Numbered from the stretch's first letter, positions 1 through 10,840 are shown. The stretch: DNA of 64,000 bases from an uncultured Gammaproteobacteria bacterium (GCA_964430475.1 CAYSEQ010000004.1:986-64985); one strand, 5' to 3'. Program-made: numbers and translations. The notes: generated by a model from the sequence alone, not told the origin.

Positions 1-2
1 AG

Positions 3-2198
3 CCTATTTTACAATCAAGTGTAGATGAACAGCTTGCCTATAACGTTTGGTTTAGTCAAACAGTCGCACAATCCTTTTCGCTACTTGATACCTATTCTCC
101 TTTCGATCAAGATCCGACCTCTCTTAATTATAGTGGACAGAACTTCGTTTCTTTTATGAATAACTATTATGCTGTTACACCTATACCAACGGTGACTACC
201 CCAACCCCATCTCCTTGTACTTTTACAAGAGCCTATTGGGATTCACCTTCAAATCCAATCAATCAAGGGACACCAGTAAACCTGGTTGTTGAAGGAACAA
301 ACTGTAATGGAAGAGAGGTTTCATTTGAGGTGAGGGAAAATGATTCACTCTTTGAAGGAGGATTTGATGAACCTGCAAACACCCAACCTGCCAATGCCAC
401 ATTTGTAGGAAATACTGCCACAACAACTTGGATTGCTGAATCCCAAAATGATTGTGGAGGACTTTGTAACCCACCTGAATACTTCTTCAATGCAACCCTT
501 GTTGGTACATCAACAACCATTAGATCCTCTGACCCAATGCTTAATGTTAATCCACTACCTTCTCCAACACCGACACCAACTCCAGTACCAAGTCCAACAC
601 CGACTTCTGTTTTAACACCAACAGCAACACCTACGCTTAGGCCTACTATCTCACCTACTTCTACACCTACGCCATCTCCAACACCTAAGCCTACCAATAC
701 ACCGACACCCACTCCGACGTTGACACCAACACCAACGCCTCGACCTACCAATACTCCTACTCCAACTCCCCGTCCAACGTTAGTGAGTCCAACACCGACA
801 AACCCCCTTACGCCCACTTCGACACCAACACAAGCGCCATCTCCGACTCCCACTCCAATTCCTTGTAGACTTATTTCAGCTTCCTGGGTTGGTTCAACCA
901 GGGTTATGGAGGGAACGCAGGTGTCGCTCAGTATCACTACTTCTGGCAATTGCTTTGGAAGAAGTGTTGAATATCAAGTTTGGGAAGATGATGGTATCTT
1001 GGGAAGAGATCAGGTTAGAGTAAATCCACAAAGCTCTCAAATCGTAGGAGGTAGTAGCAGTACAACCTGGGTAGCTGAGTATCAGCCTGATGGGCTTTTT
1101 GGCATTGCAGATCCACCTGAGTATTACTTTGAGGCAAGACTTAATGGCGAAACCTCATTTATAGTCTCTTCCCCTCCGCTTATGGAAGTAGAGGCAAATC
1201 CCAATAACCTGGTAATTGTTTCACTTCCTATTGTTGAAGTAACTGATAAGTCGGCAAATATTTCCTGGTACACAAATTTGTCTTCAACTAGTCAAATTGT
1301 CTATGGAATTCCAGGGAAAAGACAAAAATCTTCTCCTGAACTTGATGTCTCCTTACCCACTACTTATCACAGCGTCAGTATTGACAATTTAAAGCCCTGT
1401 GCAACTTACGAGTATGTTATGAAATCGCGTGCAGGTAATATTACTGTAGAGTCTCCTTCTTATACCTTCACAACGCTTGGATGTCGAGGAGGATCTAAAG
1501 TAATTAATCAGTCAAGTTCGTTAATCTCTACCAGTGAGGGTGGTTCAGTAACACTTGAACTTGGTTCGAGTGTTACATTGGAAGTACCTCCTAACTATTC
1601 TGACAGGGTTGAAGACTCTAGCTTCCAAATTAAACAACTTGAAGCAGAAAGTGTTTTCTCTAGCGCACCTACTCCTAGTGGGTATGTTGGAATTAAAAAA
1701 TATGTTTTCAATATCAGTGTGTTAAGTGATATTTCAGAGAATTTAGAGGAATTTTTACATCCACTTAAGATTTCATTAAATTATTCTGATGAAGATTTAG
1801 GTGGAAATATAGAAGAGGTTCATCTTGGAATGTTTAAATATGATAGCGATAACTTAGGTTGGGAAAGGCTACCCGATTGTGAACAGGACATTCAATCAAA
1901 TATCTTGTCTTGCCAGACTCAAAAACTTTCAGATTTTGCAGTTTTAGGTATTGCCATTACTCCTACTCCAACTCCAGGAGGAACTGGTGGTGGAGGGGGA
2001 GGAGGCGGTGGAGAAGTTTCTCAACCCTCAGCACCTGGCCCTTCTAGGGGAGATCTTAATTCTGATGGTAAAGTGAATATCTTTGATTTAAGTATTTTAC
2101 TAAGTAATTTTGGAAAATCCGGTAAAGGAGACTTGAATTCCGACGGTAAGGTTAACATATTCGATTTAAGTATTCTACTGAGCAATTTTGGAAAATAA
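3..2198 (+). CDS. Large secreted multidomain surface protein, 5'-partial (frame open to window edge): duplicated ~100-aa Cys-containing domain, Pro/Thr-rich linker, FN3-like domain, Gly run, C-terminal tandem dockerin type-I repeats
   Basis: ORF 156..2198 has no in-frame stop upstream to position 3. Two paralogous segments ([14 protein letters not shown]...[19 protein letters not shown] and [14 protein letters not shown]...[13 protein letters not shown]) are separated by a PT-rich linker. An FN3-like stretch (SANISWYT...IVYG). The C-terminus carries 2x [22 protein letters not shown], a dockerin Ca-binding repeat. Confidence 0.7.
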   Translation, partial: PILQSSVDEQLAYNVWFSQTVAQSFSLLDTYSPFDQDPTSLNYSGQNFVSFMNNYYAVTPIPTVTTPTPSPCTFTRAYWDSPSNPINQGTPVNLVVEGTNCNGREVSFEVRENDSLFEGGFDEPANTQPANATFVGNTATTTWIAESQNDCGGLCNPPEYFFNATLVGTSTTIRSSDPMLNVNPLPSPTPTPTPVPSPTPTSVLTPTATPTLRPTISPTSTPTPSPTPKPTNTPTPTPTLTPTPTPRPTNTPTPTPRPTLVSPTPTNPLTPTSTPTQAPSPTPTPIPCRLISASWVGSTRVMEGTQVSLSITTSGNCFGRSVEYQVWEDDGILGRDQVRVNPQSSQIVGGSSSTTWVAEYQPDGLFGIADPPEYYFEARLNGETSFIVSSPPLMEVEANPNNLVIVSLPIVEVTDKSANISWYTNLSSTSQIVYGIPGKRQKSSPELDVSLPTTYHSVSIDNLKPCATYEYVMKSRAGNITVESPSYTFTTLGCRGGSKVINQSSSLISTSEGGSVTLELGSSVTLEVPPNYSDRVEDSSFQIKQLEAESVFSSAPTPSGYVGIKKYVFNISVLSDISENLEEFLHPLKISLNYSDEDLGGNIEEVHLGMFKYDSDNLGWERLPDCEQDIQSNILSCQTQKLSDFAVLGIAITPTPTPGGTGGGGGGGGGEVSQPSAPGPSRGDLNSDGKVNIFDLSILLSNFGKSGKGDLNSDGKVNIFDLSILLSNFGK
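552..863 (+). repeat. Low-complexity Pro/Thr (PTPTPS) linker-coding repeat inside the surface-protein CDS
   Basis: Approx. 100 codons of P/T/S repeats (ccaacaccgaca-like units). This also generates the spurious antisense ORF 263..949. Confidence 0.8.
2049..2195 (+). repeat. Tandem 78-nt direct repeat encoding two dockerin segments
   Basis: ggagatcttaattctgatggtaaagtgaatatctttgatttaagtatttta... is repeated as ggagacttgaattccgacggtaaggttaacatattcgatttaagtattcta...; 26-aa period. Confidence 0.8.
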
Positions 2199-2400
2199 AA
2201 TTTTCCTTGCTTATTTTTTAATCAAGATGTAAAATTCATTTTTAAGCAAAGGGTAGTATGATTTTAGAACCATATCTAAACACAACCTGGTTCTTCTCAG
2301 AAGCTTGGGATATTGACTAGTTACATCCCTTGAAGCTCCCCTTTGCATAACAAAACCTAATAAATAAGTAAGTGTTGTAAAGTAGTTGAAAGGATGACTT

Positions 2401-3645
2401 ATGACCCAAGATGAAATCAGAGTTTTAGTTGAAGATTTAAAAAATCAACGTGCTCTCCTTGAGAAAAAGGAGGAAAGGTTAAAGAGATTAGAAGGCGAGC
2501 TCTTAGAGAAACTTTCTCAGGTTTCCAAGATAACTGTTGAGGAAGCCAAAAAGATGCTTCTTAGGGAGTTAGATTCTCAACTTAGAGAAGAAAAGGCCAG
2601 AAGGATTAGAGCCTTTGAGGAGAGGTTAAAGCAAGATTCAAAGGAGCTTGCTAAAGAGATTTTGGTGGATGCGATGAAGCATGGTGCAACTTCTTACGTT
2701 GCTGAGTATACAGTTTCTTCGATAACTGTTGATAACGAGGAGGTGAAGGGACGAATAATAGGTCAAGGCGGGAGGAATATTAGAGCGTTTGAGAAGGTAG
2801 CTCAAGTTGAAATTGAAATTGACGAGACGAATGAAGTCAGGATTTCATGCTTTGATCCTGTCCGTAGAGAAATAGCAAAAAGAGCTTTAGAAATCTTAAT
2901 CAAAGATACTCGTATTCAGCCATCTCGGATTGAAGAAGTAGTTAATCAAGTAAGGCCCCAGATGGAAGATATTCTACTTGAAGAGGGTAAAAAAATTGCA
3001 GAAGAATGCGGCGTTTATAATCTTCCCACAGAGGTTCTAAAACTTATTGGGCGTTATAAATTTAGGACTTCATATGGTCAGAATCTTGCCCTTCATACTA
3101 TAGAGGAAACAAAAATAGGAGTAGCTATTGCTTATGAGATAGGAGCAAATGTTGATATTGTGAGATTGGGTTGTTTATTACACGATATAGGGAAGGTTGT
3201 AACGACTGAGGAAGGAACGCATGTCCAAGTTGGTGTGTCTGTTCTAAAAAGGTATGGATTTCCGAAAGAGGTAGTAAATGCAGTGGCTGAACACCATGAG
3301 GATGTTCCATTCTCCTCTATTGAGAGTGTGATTGTTTGGATTGCAGATGCAATTTCTGGTTCAAGACCTGGTGCTCGCTATGAGCCTCACGAGGCTTATG
3401 TTAAAAGAATGGAAAAAATTGAAGAGATTGCTAAGAGTTTTGAGGGAGTTGAGCAGGCGTATGCATTTCAGGCAGGTAGGGATGTTAGGGTAATTGTAAA
3501 GCCAGAAATGGTGAATGATGACCAGTTAGTGATTTTAGCTAGAGAAATTACCAAAAGATTAGAAAAGGAGGCGGAGTATACCGGGCAAATTACGGTAACA
3601 GTAATTAGAGAAGTACGTGCGAGCGAAACGACAAGAGCAAAATAG
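2401..3645 (+). CDS. rny: Ribonuclease Y (KH + HD domains); no N-terminal TM segment recognised
   Basis: KH motif IIGQGGRNIRAFEKV; HD motif LLHDIGKV...H; coiled-coil N-terminus typical of RNase Y. Confidence 0.8.
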   Translation: MTQDEIRVLVEDLKNQRALLEKKEERLKRLEGELLEKLSQVSKITVEEAKKMLLRELDSQLREEKARRIRAFEERLKQDSKELAKEILVDAMKHGATSYVAEYTVSSITVDNEEVKGRIIGQGGRNIRAFEKVAQVEIEIDETNEVRISCFDPVRREIAKRALEILIKDTRIQPSRIEEVVNQVRPQMEDILLEEGKKIAEECGVYNLPTEVLKLIGRYKFRTSYGQNLALHTIEETKIGVAIAYEIGANVDIVRLGCLLHDIGKVVTTEEGTHVQVGVSVLKRYGFPKEVVNAVAEHHEDVPFSSIESVIVWIADAISGSRPGARYEPHEAYVKRMEKIEEIAKSFEGVEQAYAFQAGRDVRVIVKPEMVNDDQLVILAREITKRLEKEAEYTGQITVTVIREVRASETTRAK

Positions 3646-3695
3646 TCCAATAAATCTTGACAAATTCCAATAACTATATTAATCTAATATTATCA

Positions 3696-3971
3696 ATGAC
3701 TAAAAGAGAGATTATAGACTTAGTAGCAAGAAAAGCACATCTAACCAAAAGAGCTGCACTGGAAGCGGTTGATGTGTTTTTAAATGAAATCGGGAGAACC
3801 TTATCAAAAGGTGAAAAGGTTGTTCTTTCGGGTTTTGGTACTTTTAGGGTCATAAATATGAAGGGCAAGACGGTTAAAATCCCAAATACTGATAAAATGG
3901 TGACCATAAAATCCCATCGTTCCCCACGTTTTACTCCCGGAAAAAGATTAAAAAGACAAGTTACTCGTTAG
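3696..3971 (+). CDS. hup: HU/IHF-family DNA-binding protein
   Basis: MTKREIIDLVA...GFGTFRV...RNPRT-like arm (KSHRSPRFTPGK); about 91 aa from the internal ATG at 3696 (ORF track start 3657 is less likely). Confidence 0.75.
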   Translation: MTKREIIDLVARKAHLTKRAALEAVDVFLNEIGRTLSKGEKVVLSGFGTFRVINMKGKTVKIPNTDKMVTIKSHRSPRFTPGKRLKRQVTR

Positions 3972-4065
3972 TTTTTTACCTTCAGGATACTTAAAGTATT
4001 TTGTTTTTTTGGCTTATTTTAGTTATGTTTAGGATTTGATTTTTTCTGGTGTTATACTTTTATTA

Positions 4066-5079
4066 ATGAAAAAAGATATAGAAAAGGTAATTATCGTTGA
4101 TAGGCTGACTAAAAATTTTGAGGTTGTGGAAAAGGAAAAAGGTTTAATAGGAAGTGTGAAGAGATTGTTTTCACCTAAAAAGAAAATCATAAAAGCATTA
4201 AAAGGCATTTCCTTAAGCCTTGAAGAAGGAGAATTGGTTGGTTTTATCGGTCCAAATGGTGCAGGTAAAACGACTACCCTTAAGATTTTATCAGGCCTTC
4301 TTTATCCTACAAGTGGGTTTGTTCAGGTGTTAGGTTATAATCCTTGGGAAAGGAAGGCTGAGTTTCTTAAAAGTATCTCTTTGGTGATGGGACAAAAAAA
4401 TCAGTTATGGTGGGATTTACCTGCAATAGAAACCTTGGAATTAAATAAGGCAATTTATGAAATCCCCACAAAAGAATATCAAGAAACCCTTGACAATCTT
4501 GTGTCTTTGTTGGAAGTTGAAAAAATCCTCAAGATTCCAGTAAGACATCTTTCTTTGGGACAACGTATGCGCTTGGAGTTGTTAGCAGCACTTATTCACA
4601 ATCCTAAAATTCTTTTTCTTGACGAACCAAGCATAGGACTTGATGTGGTAGCCCAACAAGAGGTAAGAGATTTTATCTTTGAATACAATAGGCTTAATAA
4701 GGCAACAATTCTACTTACCTCACATAATATGGGAGATCTTGTCAATTTAGTGAAACGTGTGATTGTTATTGATAAGGGCGAAATCTTTTTCGATGGAGAA
4801 TTAAATAACTTAGTAGAGAAGTTCGCTAAGGAAAGAGTGATCAATGTCTATTTTACTAAAGATGTTGATTTCAAAAAATTGGGAGAAATTGGCAAAGTAC
4901 AAAGTTTTGATTACCCCAAAGCCTCTATTTTAGTTCCAAGGGAAGCTTCTTCGGTCGCGGCTGCAGAGCTTCTACAAAATTTTCCAGTCGCGGATTTGAC
5001 TATTGAAGAAGAACCAATTGAGAAAGTTATAAGGAGAGTTTTTAAAAGAAAACTCTTAGGACATAGGACACGAATCTAA
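4066..5079 (+). CDS. ABC transporter ATP-binding protein (ABC-2 type)
   Basis: Walker A GPNGAGKTTT, signature LSLGQRMRL, Walker B LFLDEPSIGLD. Start chosen at MKKDIEKV; the ORF could begin at 4036. Confidence 0.8.
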   Translation: MKKDIEKVIIVDRLTKNFEVVEKEKGLIGSVKRLFSPKKKIIKALKGISLSLEEGELVGFIGPNGAGKTTTLKILSGLLYPTSGFVQVLGYNPWERKAEFLKSISLVMGQKNQLWWDLPAIETLELNKAIYEIPTKEYQETLDNLVSLLEVEKILKIPVRHLSLGQRMRLELLAALIHNPKILFLDEPSIGLDVVAQQEVRDFIFEYNRLNKATILLTSHNMGDLVNLVKRVIVIDKGEIFFDGELNNLVEKFAKERVINVYFTKDVDFKKLGEIGKVQSFDYPKASILVPREASSVAAAELLQNFPVADLTIEEEPIEKVIRRVFKRKLLGHRTRI

Positions 5080-5123
5080 AATACACAACCATTAGTAAAA
5101 ATTTTTTAAAAGTTTTATCAAGA

Positions 5124-5924
5124 ATGACTAAATATTGGCAAATTTTCAAAATTTCATTTCAACAAGAGTTTGTTTACAGGCTAAACTTCATAATGTGGAG
5201 ATTTAGAAATGTGATGCAAATATTTTTTACTTTCTTTTTATGGAACGCAGTTTTTTCTGATAGTCAAAGATTCGTTTTTGGCTACAACCGCGCGAGTATT
5301 TTAACTTACATTTTCGGACTCATCGTTGTTAGATCAATAGTATTGTCTATTCGGTCAATCGATGTTGCGGGGGAAATTGCGAGGGGAGACCTGACGAACA
5401 TTCTTCTTAAACCCATTAGTTACTTTAGATATTGGTTGATTCGGGATATATCAAGTAAAGCTCTGAATTTGATTTTTGCTACTGTGGAAATAGCCTTCCT
5501 TTTTTTAATTTTAAGGCCTGAGTTCTTTTTTCAAAGGAATTTTATCTACATCGTCTTTTTCATTTTGGCTATTATTATTGCAATAGTGCTTTATTTTTTA
5601 TTGGTATTCTTATTTAGTATGCCAACATTTTGGTTTCCACATCAGGCCTGGGGTTTTATGTTTTTACTGTTTATTTTTTCAGATCTTTTAGGAGGTGGAG
5701 TATTTCCAATAGACATTTTGCCTGGGTATTTACAAAAAATCATTTATTTTTCCCCTTTTCCTTATCTTCTTTATGTTCCAATCGGAATTTATCTTGGGAA
5801 GTTTGAATTCTTTTTGACATTGCGGTTTTTGATAGTTTCCCTTTTTTGGGTGGGTTTTTTAACTTTGCTTAATGAAAGAATTTGGAGAAAAGGATTAGAA
5901 ATTTATAGAGCAGAAGGAAGGTAA
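5124..5924 (+). CDS. ABC-2 family transporter permease (multi-TM)
   Basis: Highly hydrophobic 266-aa protein directly after the ATPase. Confidence 0.6.
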   Translation: MTKYWQIFKISFQQEFVYRLNFIMWRFRNVMQIFFTFFLWNAVFSDSQRFVFGYNRASILTYIFGLIVVRSIVLSIRSIDVAGEIARGDLTNILLKPISYFRYWLIRDISSKALNLIFATVEIAFLFLILRPEFFFQRNFIYIVFFILAIIIAIVLYFLLVFLFSMPTFWFPHQAWGFMFLLFIFSDLLGGGVFPIDILPGYLQKIIYFSPFPYLLYVPIGIYLGKFEFFLTLRFLIVSLFWVGFLTLLNERIWRKGLEIYRAEGR

Positions 5925-5943
5925 GTTAATCGTAATTTCTAAT

Positions 5944-6732
5944 ATGAAAAGGATAATTTTTTATCTTAATTTATGGGTTGTGATGGGAAAGAACGCCTTT
6001 TTAACTGTCTTAAGCGATAAATTCAGCTTATTTATTTTTCTTTTTGGAAAAGTAATTAGATTTATTCTTTTTTTTATTTTCTTATTTTTTCTAGTCAAGG
6101 GGACAAATACATTAGCTGGCTACAATGTCAACCAGAGTTTATTTTTTCTTTTAACCTTTAACCTTATTGATGTTATTTCACAGTTTCTTTTTAGAGAGGT
6201 CTATAGATTTCGATCTATGGTTGTATCCGGAAGTTTTGATTTTGTTTTAATAAAACCCGTCAATGCCTTATTCCGTGTACTTTTAAGTGGTCCGGACTTT
6301 ATCGATTTTGTGACAATTCCACCGCTTTTAATTGCTACTTGGTATATAGGCAATTTACTTAATCCATCTTTCTTACAAATAATTTTTTATGGACTTCTTG
6401 TAGTCAATGGGCTTTTAATCGCAACAGCATTTCATATAGCGGTTTTAGCTTTAGGAATTATAACTTTAGAAATTGATCATACGATTATGATATATCGGGA
6501 TATTATCTCTTTGGGTAGAGTTCCAATTGATGTCTATAAAGAACCCCTTAAAAGTATTTTAACTTTTCTAATTCCTGTTGCGATTATGGTTTCTTTACCA
6601 GCAAAGGTTATGATGGGATTGATTACTCCGTATGGAATTATTGTATCGTTTGTGATAGCGGGTTTATTCATCTATCTTTCACTAAGATTTTGGAATTATG
6701 CTCTAAAATTTTATACCAGTGCATCAAGTTGA
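5944..6732 (+). CDS. ABC-2 family transporter permease (second membrane subunit)
   Basis: Hydrophobic 262-aa paralogue-like partner; operon context. Confidence 0.6.
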   Translation: MKRIIFYLNLWVVMGKNAFLTVLSDKFSLFIFLFGKVIRFILFFIFLFFLVKGTNTLAGYNVNQSLFFLLTFNLIDVISQFLFREVYRFRSMVVSGSFDFVLIKPVNALFRVLLSGPDFIDFVTIPPLLIATWYIGNLLNPSFLQIIFYGLLVVNGLLIATAFHIAVLALGIITLEIDHTIMIYRDIISLGRVPIDVYKEPLKSILTFLIPVAIMVSLPAKVMMGLITPYGIIVSFVIAGLFIYLSLRFWNYALKFYTSASS

Positions 6733-6931
6733 GATCCTCTTTTGAATTTTGTAATGGCAAGAATTCGAAAAAATTTTTTAATCTTAAGACGGCTTAAGTT
6801 ATTAGAGGAATAATTTGTTTAATAATAGGTAAACTTTAGTTAAACAAAGTTTAAACTCCTAAAGACATTAGGTAGTGAAAGGCTTTTAGAAAATTTTGTA
6901 TAATCAGAATCATCTTACTGAGACAATCTTT

Positions 6932-7915
6932 ATGAAGGAAAAATTATTAGTTGTTTGTGGTCCAACAGCCATAGGTAAAACAGATGTTGCTCTTTATTTG
7001 AGTAAAGTCTTTAATGGCGAAATAATCTCAGCTGATTCTAGACAAGTTTATAAAATGATGGATATTGGTACAGGGAAGGGATTGAGTAAGAATTCTAAGT
7101 TTGAATTTCGGAGTCCGAAATTGGGAGGGTTTTACGATGTAGAAGGAGTGAAAATTTGGGGTTACGACCTAGCTGACCCATGCGAAGATTTCAGTGTAGC
7201 AAAGTATAAAGAGTTTGCTGATAAAATTATTTTTGACATCCAGAAAAGAGGAAAACTCCCTATTTTGGTAGGGGGAAGTGGGCTTTATATTAAGGCAGTA
7301 GTTGATGGTATTCCTACAATTTCAATACCACCAAATCCTGAGCTTAGAAGATCTTTAGAAGGTAAAACAAAAGAGGAATTATTTGAACTTTTGAAAAAGT
7401 TGGATAAGGTTAAAGCTTCTTCAATGAATATTTCAGATAAGGGGAACCTACGGAGGTTAATTAGGGCAATAGAGATTTCTCTTTATAAAAAGGGTAAAAG
7501 TGGAAATATTTCTGAAATCTCGAAGTTAAGAAAGACAAAAGAAACTGGTAGAAATGTTTTGTTTATAGGACTTTGTGCATCAAAAACTAGTCTGAAAAGA
7601 AGAATTACGAATCGAGTTATATCGAGAATAAAACAAGGAGTTGAAAAAGAGATAAAACGACTTCTTAAATATGGAGTAGGGTGGGATGACCAGTCGATGC
7701 AATCTTTGGGTTATAAGGAGTGGAAAGAATATTTTATGGGTTTGCAAACGCGTTCTGAAGTAGTTGAGGAATGGATTAGAGATGAAATCCAATATGCAAA
7801 GCGCCAAATGACTTGGTTTAAGAAGGATAGCAGAATCTTATGGTTTGATGTAGATAAGAATGGTTTTTTAAAGGATGTGGAAAGTGTGGTTAGAAAGTGG
7901 CATAATATTAGCTAA
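6932..7915 (+). CDS. miaA: tRNA dimethylallyltransferase
   Basis: P-loop GPTAIGKT plus ISADSRQVYKMMDIGTGK. Confidence 0.85.
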   Translation: MKEKLLVVCGPTAIGKTDVALYLSKVFNGEIISADSRQVYKMMDIGTGKGLSKNSKFEFRSPKLGGFYDVEGVKIWGYDLADPCEDFSVAKYKEFADKIIFDIQKRGKLPILVGGSGLYIKAVVDGIPTISIPPNPELRRSLEGKTKEELFELLKKLDKVKASSMNISDKGNLRRLIRAIEISLYKKGKSGNISEISKLRKTKETGRNVLFIGLCASKTSLKRRITNRVISRIKQGVEKEIKRLLKYGVGWDDQSMQSLGYKEWKEYFMGLQTRSEVVEEWIRDEIQYAKRQMTWFKKDSRILWFDVDKNGFLKDVESVVRKWHNIS

Positions 7916-7920
7916 TCTTT

Positions 7921-8910
7921 GTGAATATGATACAAAAGATTGAAATCTCTCATAAAAGTATTTTTTTTACAATATTTTTCCTCATTTTTTTGTGGTTTAT
8001 ATACTTGATTCGGGAAATCCTCTTGCAGTTTTTCGTTGCATTACTAATCATGGCGATATTGAATCCTACCGTGGATAAATTGGCTCGTCGCAAAATTCCA
8101 AGAGGGGCAATAGTCTTGGGAATGTATGTTATTTTTTTTGTTATTGTAAGTTTTGCAGTTAGTGCGGTCGTACCGCCTTTACTTGATCAAACAACGAGCT
8201 TTGCAAGTAACCTTCCCCATTATATAAGTAATTTAGGTGTCACTCCGATTTTTAGTGAACAAATCATGCAGGAGTTAGTTTCACAACTTGCCCAGCTTCC
8301 CTCCCATATTGCAAAGTTTACAATCTCGCTTTTTTCAAACCTCTTAGCAATCGTGGCGGTATTGGTGTTTGCTTTTTATCTTTTGACCCAAAGAGATGTA
8401 CTTGAGAATCAACTTGGTAATCTCTTAAGCGAGACTAAAAAAAATAAGGTAGTCGGAATAATTGATAAAATTGAAAATAAGCTAGGTAATTGGGCAAGAG
8501 GGCAGTTTACCTTGATGCTAGTGGTTGGTTCTGCTAATTATGTGGGCTTGACTCTATTGGGGATTCCGTTTGCACTTCCTCTCTCGATTCTAGCGGGAGT
8601 TTTGGAAATCGTCCCATACCTTGGTCCCATTATTGCAGCAATTCCGGCTGTACTAATTGGTTTTGGAATATCCCCAATAACAGGATTTGCAGTTGCAGCT
8701 TTGGCGTTTTTAATTCAGCAACTGGAGAATTATTTATTTGTCCCAAAGATTATGCAAAAATCAGCGGGTGTGGATCCTGTAATTACACTACTTTCACTTG
8801 CAATTGGTTTTAAGATTGCAGGTGTTGTTGGTCTTCTTGTTTCGATACCTTTGTTTTTAACTTTTGAGGTTTTAGTTAAGGAGTATTTAAGGAGTGTAAG
8901 AATAAAATAA
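7921..8910 (+). CDS. AI-2E family transporter (PerM/UPF0118-like membrane protein)
   Basis: Multi-TM protein with an EIVPYLGPIIAAIPAVLIGF block typical of the family. Confidence 0.6.
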   Translation: MNMIQKIEISHKSIFFTIFFLIFLWFIYLIREILLQFFVALLIMAILNPTVDKLARRKIPRGAIVLGMYVIFFVIVSFAVSAVVPPLLDQTTSFASNLPHYISNLGVTPIFSEQIMQELVSQLAQLPSHIAKFTISLFSNLLAIVAVLVFAFYLLTQRDVLENQLGNLLSETKKNKVVGIIDKIENKLGNWARGQFTLMLVVGSANYVGLTLLGIPFALPLSILAGVLEIVPYLGPIIAAIPAVLIGFGISPITGFAVAALAFLIQQLENYLFVPKIMQKSAGVDPVITLLSLAIGFKIAGVVGLLVSIPLFLTFEVLVKEYLRSVRIK

Positions 8911-9136
8911 ATTTCCAAATTTTTGAACCCAGATCATTGATTCTTGCGACTGCTCCTTACATTGTCAAGAAATAAAGTAGGTTATCAGATTATCGACTTG
9001 AGTCTTATACCTAATTGAAATAGCAATCCATGCTTAATGAAAAAATGCCAAAAGCTTTGATATTCCAAATTGTTATATAGAACCCCTTCCCAAAAAGCCT
9101 ATTTTGATTAAGTTATGTAAGTATTATAATTAAGTT

Positions 9137-9817
9137 GTGAGTGAGACAGCGGAAATTTCTTCACAAGTCAATCAGGAAATAGAAAACAGGGTAAAGGCAG
9201 AAATTTTTTCGGGTGAACAATTTAAAAATTACCCTGAAAAGTATAAGGATAAAATTTCAAAAATATTGGCTTATCATACGTTAAAAATAGCAGGTATTTT
9301 AGAATTAGATTTAAATGAGATAAATTTTGGTATATCAACGCCGGAAAAAGTGGGGCGGAATAACATAGATAGACCAGCTCTTCATGTTGAATTTGATGGC
9401 CAAGGAAATCCGACTTTTTCAGAAGTACTTTTTTCAGCTGGTGAAATAGAAACACACCTGAAATTGTTAAAAATGCCCTTAATGGTTTCTCTTGTTGAAC
9501 AATTATTAGCATGGAGTGTCGCACACGAGCTACACCACTTAAGGCAATTAAAAGATAATATATCGAAAGTCCTAAAATCAGCCGAGAATTTTCAATATGC
9601 TAGTATTTTAGGAGAGTGGTGGAGATATATAAGTGATGAGGGAGAAACTTCGGCAAGAGTGTTTGCTTTGAAATATACGGCAGATAGAGACATTCCCTTG
9701 CATGATTTTATTGCTCAAAACAACCGTTTACTTTTCGTGCTTGGCCAGATTGCTTGGGAGGGGTATATGAAAGTAAGGGCGATTCTAAAAAAAGAAAGTG
9801 TAAGAGAAACTTCCTAA
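9137..9817 (+). CDS. Hypothetical protein with HExxH motif (possible zincin-like)
   Basis: GTG start; contains VAHELHHL. No other recognisable domain. Confidence 0.4.
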   Translation: MSETAEISSQVNQEIENRVKAEIFSGEQFKNYPEKYKDKISKILAYHTLKIAGILELDLNEINFGISTPEKVGRNNIDRPALHVEFDGQGNPTFSEVLFSAGEIETHLKLLKMPLMVSLVEQLLAWSVAHELHHLRQLKDNISKVLKSAENFQYASILGEWWRYISDEGETSARVFALKYTADRDIPLHDFIAQNNRLLFVLGQIAWEGYMKVRAILKKESVRETS

Positions 9818-10079
9818 TGTCTCCCTTCCGGATTTGCTAAGAAAGAATCGTGAATGTTCTAACAAAAATAATCGTTTTGTTACAGATATTCCGCGAGAGA
9901 TATGATTCGGCTCTCGAGAGGGTAGCTAAGACAACAGTGGCCTGTATAGCCTTAATTCGTTTTCAGGACTTTGAAACGAGAACAGAAACTTAAGCTACCT
10001 TTTGCTTGGGCAAAAGTTGATTTCAATCCTACAGAGAATATTTTTATAAGTTACGATACATTTTAGACATTGGTAAGTA

Positions 10080-10840
10080 AGTGAGAGGTAAAATTGGTGC
10101 TCCAACAAGACTTCTTTATGGATATTGCAGGGAAGTGGGTTTCTAATCTATTAGGATATCAACCATAGGTAAGGTAATTAAAAGAAACAACCTGTTCTAC
10201 CAAAGATCAGGTAGGATATACCATGGTCCTGGAAGTGAATGGGCACAGAATAAAAGGAGAATAAAAAGACTACGAGTTAAAAGAGCTCCTCATCTTCCAG
10301 AACTTGGATATGTTGAGATGGATACAATATTCTCTTTGTGAATGGTATTAGGTACTATGTATACTCAAGTCTTGATGTGCGGGGTAAGTTTGCCTTCTTT
10401 CTAATTTACAAGAGCTTAAACAGTAAAAATACGGTTGATTTCTTTAATAAACTTGAAGTTGTATATCCCGAAAGTATTAAGGAGGTACTAACAGACAATG
10501 AGCATGAGTTCTTATGAGATTTTGACTCTTACCTTACTAGAAAAGGTATTAAACATATCTTTACTTGTCCAAAATGTCCTAGGATCAACGGTCGTGTTGA
10601 AAGATTTCAAAGAACATTACAAGATCAGTTTATCAACCATTACCTTGATACCATCCATAACCTACCCCTATTTAACAAAAAGCTTCTTGACTATATACTT
10701 TTCCATAATACTCTAAGAGTACATAAATCTATCGGCTCGATAAGTCCAATGGACTACTTCATTATGAAAGGAGGAATGTCGAAAATGTATGTGAACCATA
10801 CATCTTGTTGCCAATTTAGGTGATTTGTGATACACTGTTC
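10080..10840 (+). pseudogene. Degraded DDE transposase (IS481/IS3-like integrase core), at least two frameshifts, N-terminus missing
   Basis: Three frames give: ...ISTIGKVIKRNNL...PELGYVEMDTIFSL / NGIRYYVYSSLDVRGKFAFF...LTDNEHEFL / GIKHIFTCPKCPRINGRVERFQRTLQDQF...YNTLRVHKSIGSISPMDYF. These match the D..D..TDNGxEF..NGkVERf core. Borders are approximate. Confidence 0.6.

Noticed and set aside
263-949. 228-aa minus-strand ORF (Gly/Val-rich)
   Set aside because: It is the reverse-complement reading of the Pro/Thr linker repeat inside the surface-protein gene, so it is a low-complexity artefact.
6790-6830. aaacttt...aaagttt inverted repeat upstream of miaA
   Set aside because: Short A/T-only stem without a T-tract, indistinguishable from chance in A/T-rich DNA.
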